From a virus: a DNA stretch of 44,350 bases. Below are positions 34,706 through 40,371 of the stretch, piece by piece (the stretch's first letter is position 1; each line of letters starts with the position of its first letter). The stretch lies in UHGV virus genome UHGV-0187309. The stretch is one strand, 5' to 3'. A program made the position numbers and the translations under genes. The notes beneath the pieces were generated by a model. It was not told the DNA's origin. It searched no databases and saw only the letters and a list, made by a program, of their open reading frames with translations.

Positions 34706-35173
34706 ATGAACAAGAAAAAATACTACATAGCCTACGGCAGCAACCTCAACATCCGCCAGATGCGATTCCGCTGCTCAGGCGCAAAGCCCATCGGCATTTC
34801 CGCGATTCCTGACTACGAACTGCTCTTCAAGGGCAGCAAGACGGGAGCGTACCTCACCATCGAGCCGAAGGACGGCGGGCTTGTTCCGGTCGCCGTGTGG
34901 GAAGTGACAGCCGACGATGAGAAGCACCTCGACATCTACGAGGGCTACCCGAACTTCTACTACAAGAAGGAAGTCCGCCTGCCAATCAGGCTGGCAAACG
35001 GCAAGACCAAAAAGGTCACGGCATTTGTCTACATCATGCACGAGGAGCGTGAGATTGCGATCCCGTCAATGACCTACATCCGCACCTGCGAGGAAGGCTA
35101 CCGCAACTTCGGCTTCGACACCAAGTTCCTTGATGCCGCCTACGAGATCAGCGCAAAGGAGGTACAGCGATGA
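34706..35173 (+). CDS. gamma-glutamylcyclotransferase (GGCT/AIG2-like)
   Basis: YYIAYGSNLNIRQMRFRC...LVPVAVWEVTADDEKHLDIYEGYPNFYYK. Confidence 0.82.
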   Translation: MNKKKYYIAYGSNLNIRQMRFRCSGAKPIGISAIPDYELLFKGSKTGAYLTIEPKDGGLVPVAVWEVTADDEKHLDIYEGYPNFYYKKEVRLPIRLANGKTKKVTAFVYIMHEEREIAIPSMTYIRTCEEGYRNFGFDTKFLDAAYEISAKEVQR

Positions 35174-35370
35174 AAGACCGCAACAAAGAGCCGCACATCT
35201 GCCCGAAATGCGGGCAGGCGTACACCGCCCGACCAGCTCTTTCCCGCGTGGATAACAGCCCAATCTGCCCCGACTGCGGAACGCGTGAAGCGCTTGAAAG
35301 CATCGGCGTCGGACGCGAGGAACAGGACAAGATTCTCGGCATCATCCACGAGAAGTACGAAGGCGAATAA
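35170..35370 (+). CDS. small zinc-ribbon protein
   Basis: CPKCG...16 aa...CPDCG. ATGA overlap with the GGCT gene. Confidence 0.6.
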   Translation: MKDRNKEPHICPKCGQAYTARPALSRVDNSPICPDCGTREALESIGVGREEQDKILGIIHEKYEGE

Positions 35371-35378
35371 GTCGGCAC

Positions 35379-35400
35379 AAAGGGGCGTTACAGCCCCTTT
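35379..35400 (+). terminator. GC-rich stem-loop without U-tract (terminator or RNA stabiliser)
   Basis: AAAGGGGC gttaca GCCCCTTT. Confidence 0.3.
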
Positions 35401-35527
35401 CCGCATTCTCAGGGATAACTTATCCCCCACTTTCCGGGCGTGACACGGCGCGTTCTGGCGCAAACTATGTACCTGTTCAGCTTGCTGAAAACGGCGATTC
35501 TTCTACGATTTATTTTGCACATAGGCG

Positions 35528-35556
35528 TGGACTTTTCAGGCAAAAGGCGGTAGTAT
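35528..35556 (+). promoter_or_regulatory. cassette promoter P4
   Basis: TGGACT 35528..35533, 17 nt, TAGTAT 35551..35556. Confidence 0.5.
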
Positions 35557-35613
35557 GTGACACAACGGAAGGGCAGACAGCCCACCGGAATTCATAACAT
35601 GGAGGATACGAAC

Positions 35614-36084
35614 ATGAACGACAGCTACTTTGAGGAGATGACCTTCCAGTGCGCCGCCTATGAACGCGCCAAAAAGGAGCGCGCCGAGCGCAAGGCTCAG
35701 ATTGCCGAAGCCCACGGCTACGACAGCCCGGAGGTGGACGCTTGGTACGCTGAGGAGAAGGCGGCAGGTCCTTACCCCTACAGCGGCAATGAGATGAAAG
35801 CCTACTGGGTGTACAAGATGCGCCGCGAGAACGACGGTGACGAGTTCGAGATGAGCGATTACTGCTGGGACAAGGAATTCCACGATTTCATCGAAACGCT
35901 CCGCAAGCTAGGCATCACCGAGTTCACGATCACCAATCAGAGCACGGCGCTGATGGAGAACATCTACGGATTTATTGCAGAAGGCTGCACGATGGTCGGA
36001 ACGCACACCATCACCAAGAAGAGCCTGCGCTGGGGCGAGGAAGAATACGAAACGGCACAGGGCATCCTTTTCAAGGTGAACTGA
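35614..36084 (+). CDS. hypothetical protein
   Basis: Start at the ATG preceded by GGAGGATACGAAC, the same RBS spacing as the other cassettes. 156 aa. Confidence 0.65.
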   Translation: MNDSYFEEMTFQCAAYERAKKERAERKAQIAEAHGYDSPEVDAWYAEEKAAGPYPYSGNEMKAYWVYKMRRENDGDEFEMSDYCWDKEFHDFIETLRKLGITEFTITNQSTALMENIYGFIAEGCTMVGTHTITKKSLRWGEEEYETAQGILFKVN

Positions 36085-36092
36085 TATCGACA

Positions 36093-36116
36093 GGAGCAGG
36101 GCTTCGGCTCTGCTCC
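36093..36116 (+). terminator. 10-bp stem with TTCG loop, no U-tract
   Basis: GGAGCAGGGC ttcg GCTCTGCTCC. The 21-nt core GCAGGGCTTCGGCTCTGCTCC recurs at 38541..38561. Confidence 0.3.
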
Positions 36117-36201
36117 CCTCCCCCTTTTCCTCATGTGTAAATCCTACAATACGAAAGGCTGAGATCGGCGATTCTTCTACGTTTTATTTTGCACATAGGC
36201 G

Positions 36202-36230
36202 TGGACTTATCAGCAGGATCATGGTAATAT
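36202..36230 (+). promoter_or_regulatory. cassette promoter P5
   Basis: TGGACT 36202..36207, 17 nt, TAATAT 36225..36230. Confidence 0.55.
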
Positions 36231-36285
36231 GTGACACAACGGAAGGGCAGAACGCCTACCGAAAAACGAAACGGAGGATAACACC

Positions 36286-36606
36286 ATGAACCCCTACACA
36301 CTGAGAAAGAGCCTGAACCTGATTGATGCCAACACGGCGATCACCCGCGAGGACTTCGAGAGCCTCTTCTGCAAGACTGCAGAGCGTGTCACCTTTACCT
36401 TCAACGGTTGGGACGGCAAGAGCTATGATGGCGAGAGGCGCAGCGGTTACGTTTACCGCACCATCATCGAGGGCTACGAGAATGTGAGATTCGTTAAGGT
36501 CGGCAAGGGACTGCATTACATCGATGAGGACAGCAGCATTACCGAGAAGGCTACGGGCATCGCCCACAAGGAAGCAGAGTGGCTGGTCGATGTGAAGAGA
36601 GCATAA
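36286..36606 (+). CDS. hypothetical protein
   Basis: 106 aa, CGGAGGATA RBS. Confidence 0.65.
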   Translation: MNPYTLRKSLNLIDANTAITREDFESLFCKTAERVTFTFNGWDGKSYDGERRSGYVYRTIIEGYENVRFVKVGKGLHYIDEDSSITEKATGIAHKEAEWLVDVKRA

Positions 36607-36672
36607 GCAAAACAGCGGAGCCCTTCCTGCGGGGAGGGCTTACCGCAGAAAAAAACATGGAGGTTTACGAAC

Positions 36673-37056
36673 ATGAGTACGAATTCAAGAGTCGGAATTC
36701 TGCATCAGGACGGCGTCACGGAGACAATCTACTGCCATTGGGACGGCTACCCCGAACACCAGATGCCCATCCTCACCGAGCATTATAACACCGCCGAGAA
36801 GGTCAAGGCACTGCTTGCCCTTGGAGACATCAGCATCCTCGGCGAGCGCCTTGCTCCCGATGCGGATGAGCCGCACAGCTTTGAAAAGCCTGCCGATGGT
36901 GTGACGGTTGCTTACCACCGCGACCGCAAAGAGCCGATGCAGCCTGCGGTCACCCACAAGAGCGTTGTTTCCCTGATGAGCGATGACTGGGGCATTCCGT
37001 ATTACTACCTTTTCGATGAGGAAAAAGGAGCATGGCTTCCGCCGACCGAGGACTGA
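36673..37056 (+). CDS. hypothetical protein
   Basis: 127 aa, GGAGG RBS 9 nt upstream. Probably co-transcribed with 36286..36606. Confidence 0.65.
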   Translation: MSTNSRVGILHQDGVTETIYCHWDGYPEHQMPILTEHYNTAEKVKALLALGDISILGERLAPDADEPHSFEKPADGVTVAYHRDRKEPMQPAVTHKSVVSLMSDDWGIPYYYLFDEEKGAWLPPTED

Positions 37057-37236
37057 TAGGTTCAGCCCTGCGGGGCTGACTTGCCCCACGTTGTCCTTTG
37101 TGCGGTTTTCCTGCGATAAGCTTGCCCCTGCGGAAAGCCGCCTCACACGGCGCGTTTGTGTGCCTCCTGTGGGCTTGGTGCTATGTATACAACAAATGGC
37201 GCAGATACGCCGATTTTGTTCTGAACATTTAGCCGC

Positions 37237-37265
37237 TTGCTATTCCGGAAAGATCATGGTAATAT
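37237..37265 (+). promoter_or_regulatory. cassette promoter P6
   Basis: TTGCTA 37237..37242, 17 nt, TAATAT 37260..37265. Confidence 0.55.
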
Positions 37266-37321
37266 GCTACACAACGGAAGGGCAAACGCCCACCGAATAC
37301 AAAACACGGAGGTAAACCACC

Positions 37322-37687
37322 ATGACAAAGAAGGAAATGAAAGCCGCAGTTGCCAAGCTGAAGATGCTGCAGAACGGCAAAGCCGCCCTTGAGGGAATGA
37401 CCGAAGCGGACTGCCTTGAGCTTTTCGGGATCAGCAGAGCGCAGGCACTTGCAAACACAAACGCCGCCCTTGCCAAAACCGAGCAGGAGATTTTCAGAGC
37501 CGAGCATCCGCTGACAGGCATCGACAAACAGCTCTTCGAGATCGCAGCAAAGCACCTGATCACGGTGCAGGAGCGCGGAGACCTTGAAGCCCGCCACTGC
37601 GACAGCGAGGACTTCATCGAGGGTTCGGTCTGGGGGCTGGAAGCCGCCCTCAAGGATGCCTACGAGGCAGGACGCAAGAGCAAGTAA
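37322..37687 (+). CDS. hypothetical protein
   Basis: 121 aa, CGGAGGTAA RBS. Confidence 0.65.
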   Translation: MTKKEMKAAVAKLKMLQNGKAALEGMTEADCLELFGISRAQALANTNAALAKTEQEIFRAEHPLTGIDKQLFEIAAKHLITVQERGDLEARHCDSEDFIEGSVWGLEAALKDAYEAGRKSK

Positions 37688-37749
37688 CCAAACGGAACAG
37701 CGCAGCCCTTCCGCAGGGAGGGGCTGCCAATCCCGAAGGAGGAAAGAAC

Positions 37750-37929
37750 ATGGATACATACGCACAGCTTGAAATGCTGACCGCAGTCATCGCAAACCTG
37801 TCGGCCACGGGAACATGGACGGAGCGAGAAGTGATGGAAACGCTGCTGGATGTCTTTGAACCGAAGGAGCTTGAACAGCTCGGCTACGGCGACTGCGTGA
37901 ACGCATACTTGGAAGAGTACGGCGGATAG
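37750..37929 (+). CDS. small hypothetical protein (59 aa; below the ORF-track cutoff)
   Basis: Own translation: MDTYAQLEMLTAVIANLSATGTWTEREVMETLLDVFEPKELEQLGYGDCVNAYLEEYGG. GGAGGA RBS 7 nt upstream. Confidence 0.5.
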   Translation: MDTYAQLEMLTAVIANLSATGTWTEREVMETLLDVFEPKELEQLGYGDCVNAYLEEYGG

Positions 37930-38099
37930 CGACGACACACGCACCACGTTGCCTCGTGTGGGGCGGTGCCGGGGAGATGCGTACAGCTTGCCCCTGCGAA
38001 AAGCCGCCTTACACGGCGCGTTCTGGCGCGTCCTATACGATGTACAATTCCGCCCGACTTCCCGCCTCATGTTTGTCACATTTATTTTGCAGACAGACG

Positions 38100-38128
38100 T
38101 GGACTTTTCTGCGAAAAGACGGTAATAT
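38100..38128 (+). promoter_or_regulatory. cassette promoter P7
   Basis: TGGACT 38100..38105, 17 nt, TAATAT 38123..38128. Confidence 0.55.
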
Positions 38129-38175
38129 GTGACTACCGCAAGAGAAGCGGAATCAATCAAAAGGAGCGAATCTAC

Positions 38176-38529
38176 ATGAAAATTCTGGTATGCGAACCCG
38201 GCAAGCACCCCTACGTCAAGGACATCGAGTCGGGGCTGGAGAACCTTCAGCACGAGGTGGACGGACTGATTCAGGCCCTCTACCCATTTTCCGAAGAGGC
38301 GGCTGTTGTGTGCAACGAAGAAGGGCTGTTCCGCGATGACCTCGAATGGAACAGAACGGTCGATCCCTATGGTCCGATCAAGGGAACATTCTTCATTTGT
38401 GGGCTCGGCTTTGAAGATTTTACAGGACTGACCGATGAACAGATCGAAAAGTACACTAAGCTCTTCTGGCCTCCTGAGCTTTTCATCCCGACACCGAACG
38501 GCATGGTGGTGCTTCACATTGTGGAATGA
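38176..38529 (+). CDS. DUF3846-like protein
   Basis: MKILVCEPGKHPYVKDIESGLENLQHEVDGLIQALYPFSEEAAVVCNEEGLF...GTFFICG. Confidence 0.72.
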   Translation: MKILVCEPGKHPYVKDIESGLENLQHEVDGLIQALYPFSEEAAVVCNEEGLFRDDLEWNRTVDPYGPIKGTFFICGLGFEDFTGLTDEQIEKYTKLFWPPELFIPTPNGMVVLHIVE

Positions 38530-38632
38530 CCGCAACAGGGGCAGGGCTTCGGCTCTGCTCCGCACTATTCCCCGGTCATAATGTACACAACTGAACGCCG
38601 AAAAATGCAGAAATGATCGTGATTACTCACGC

Positions 38633-38661
38633 TTGATAATGTAGGCAAGAAGAGTTATACT
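38633..38661 (+). promoter_or_regulatory. cassette promoter P8
   Basis: TTGATA 38633..38638, 17 nt, TATACT 38656..38661. Confidence 0.5.
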
Positions 38662-38718
38662 GTGTACAACGGAAGGGCGGAAAGCCCAGCCGAAAACGAA
38701 AATGCGGAGGTACACACC

Positions 38719-38898
38719 ATGAAAACGAAGCAGGAACTGATCGAGAAGGCAAAGAAAGAGTGGGGCGAGACTTGGAACGAGGGCATGATCGAGTACGATG
38801 CCGAGTACAACGAGTACATCGTCTGGGTAGGCAAGCCGGACATCTACAAAGCCTTCTTCGATGCCGACACCCTCAGATGCATTGGCACGAAGTGCTGA
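38719..38898 (+). CDS. small hypothetical protein (59 aa)
   Basis: CGGAGGTAC RBS. MKTKQELIEKAKKEWGETWNEG... Confidence 0.55.
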   Translation: MKTKQELIEKAKKEWGETWNEGMIEYDAEYNEYIVWVGKPDIYKAFFDADTLRCIGTKC

Positions 38899-38953
38899 GA
38901 ACAACCGCCGCCCTTCGGGGCGGCACAACACCAATACTAAGGAGGACATTTAC

Positions 38954-39226
38954 ATGAGCGAGAACACAGAAAAGCGCGATGCAGCCGAAGAACTAGAACT
39001 TACCGATGCACAGGCAGACCGCAACGATGACATCTACGAGGCAGCTTTTGAATTCTGCAAGGTGCTGACCGAGAACCCCGACCTCGAATGGGACATGGCG
39101 TTCCTCGGTGAGATCGCCGACCTTGCCGCTGGCATCATGACCGAGCAGGGACACAAGGTGCGGTTCCCCAGTGTGGTCACCGAGCAGGACGGCACGCAGT
39201 ACATTGAAGAATACTACGGCGGCTGA
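38954..39226 (+). CDS. hypothetical acidic protein
   Basis: AAGGAGGA RBS. 90 aa. Confidence 0.6.
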   Translation: MSENTEKRDAAEELELTDAQADRNDDIYEAAFEFCKVLTENPDLEWDMAFLGEIADLAAGIMTEQGHKVRFPSVVTEQDGTQYIEEYYGG

Positions 39227-39427
39227 TCGGCAAAACGGAGCAGTCCTTCTGCGGAGGGGCTGTTCCACGCCACGTTCGCTTGTGTGGGGGGCTTACGGCT
39301 TTCTGCGGATATCTTGCCCCGCGATAAAAGCCGCCCACACGGCGCATTTGTGTGCCTCCTGTGGCAAGGCATAATATGTACAACAACCGACAAAAAATCG
39401 CCTTGCACATTCTGGTAGTTTAGCCGC

Positions 39428-39456
39428 TTGATATATCTGCCGAAAAGAGTTATAGT
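39428..39456 (+). promoter_or_regulatory. cassette promoter P9
   Basis: TTGATA 39428..39433, 17 nt, TATAGT 39451..39456. Confidence 0.5.
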
Positions 39457-39512
39457 GTGTACAACGGAACGGGAAACCGAGCCGAAAACTACGAAAGAAC
39501 GAGGTAAACACT

Positions 39513-39749
39513 ATGTGGCACGAAGGCACGATTCTGGCACCGACCAAGGAAGGCAAGACGGTGGTTCACTACTGGGCAAAGGTCTACGACGAGGGCAGCC
39601 AGTACGGCATCAACGAGGGCAGAATCAGTAAACTGACACTCAAGGAGAATGGCAAGGTCATCTACAACTATGACAGAGGCGAGGATGTACCCGAGCAGAA
39701 CGAGGCTGCGGAGATTGCCCTTGCGATCCTGATGTACGAGTACAAGTAA
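39513..39749 (+). CDS. hypothetical protein
   Basis: 78 aa. RBS-like CGAGGTAA 7 nt upstream. Confidence 0.6.
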   Translation: MWHEGTILAPTKEGKTVVHYWAKVYDEGSQYGINEGRISKLTLKENGKVIYNYDRGEDVPEQNEAAEIALAILMYEYK

Positions 39750-39837
39750 ATAGAACGGTCGGTAGGCGGTAGCATTAAGCCGCCCATCCAAACCAAGACG
39801 GACACACATATAAATTCAAGGTGGATATACATAGGAG

Positions 39838-39866
39838 AGGCTTGCAGCACGCAGGCCTTTTCTTTA
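39838..39866 (+). terminator. rho-independent terminator immediately upstream of terS
   Basis: AGGCTTGC agcac GCAGGCCT (one G.U pair) followed by TTTTCTTT. Confidence 0.5.
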
Positions 39867-39897
39867 TGCAGATTTTTTGAGAAAAGGAGTGATGCGG

Positions 39898-40371
39898 ATG
39901 GCTCAGAGAGGCAGAAAACCGACGCCGACAGCAATCAAGGAACTGGAAGGCAATCCCGGAAAACGACCGCTGAATGATGCAGAGCCGAAGCCGGAACGCA
40001 AGGCACCGCCCTGTCCGAAGTGGCTGGAGCCCGAAGCAAAAAAGGAATGGCGCAGGCTGTCAAAGCAACTGGAGCAGATTGGTGTGCTGACCGAGGTCGA
40101 TCAGGCGGCATTCGCATCCTACTGTCAGGCATACGCACGATGGAAAGAAGCCGAGGAATTCATGACCCAGCACGGCACGATCGTAAAAACAAAATCAGGT
40201 TACTGGCAGCAGGTTCCGCAGGTATCCATTGCGCAAACTTATCTGAAGATCATGAACAAGATCGCAGAGCAGTTTGGCCTGACCCCGGCGGCAAGAAGCC
40301 GTATCACTGCCGGCGCAGATATGAAAAACGCTGCCGTTGACGATATGGATGAACTTCTCGGAGGTGGCTGA
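39898..40371 (+). CDS. terS: terminase small subunit (P27 family)
   Basis: MAQRGRKPTPTAIKELEGNPGKRPLN...PKWLEPEAKKEWRRL...FGLTPAARSRI. AAGGAGTG RBS. Confidence 0.85.
   Translation: MAQRGRKPTPTAIKELEGNPGKRPLNDAEPKPERKAPPCPKWLEPEAKKEWRRLSKQLEQIGVLTEVDQAAFASYCQAYARWKEAEEFMTQHGTIVKTKSGYWQQVPQVSIAQTYLKIMNKIAEQFGLTPAARSRITAGADMKNAAVDDMDELLGGG

Noticed and set aside
36983-39374. ORFs 36983..37315, the 5' part of 37966..38529, and 39171..39374 share peptide-like strings (LAPAESRLTRRV / LAPAKSRLTRRV)
   Set aside because: The similarity comes from the repeated DNA spacers of the cassette array. The frames lack starts and RBSs, run through stem-loops and promoters, and begin inside upstream genes.
31993-39512. 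Idea that the repeated spacers are Frpo-like single-strand DNA promoters (long hairpins recreating -35/-10), as in plasmid leading regions
   Set aside because: I looked for an arm complementary to the -35/-10 segment. Only the P7 spacer has one (GTCACATTTATTTTGCAGA versus TCTGCGAAAAGACGGTAATATGTGAC), and it is not conserved in the homologous P4/P5 spacers. The elements read as ordinary duplex promoters with 17-bp spacers. Not excluded experimentally.
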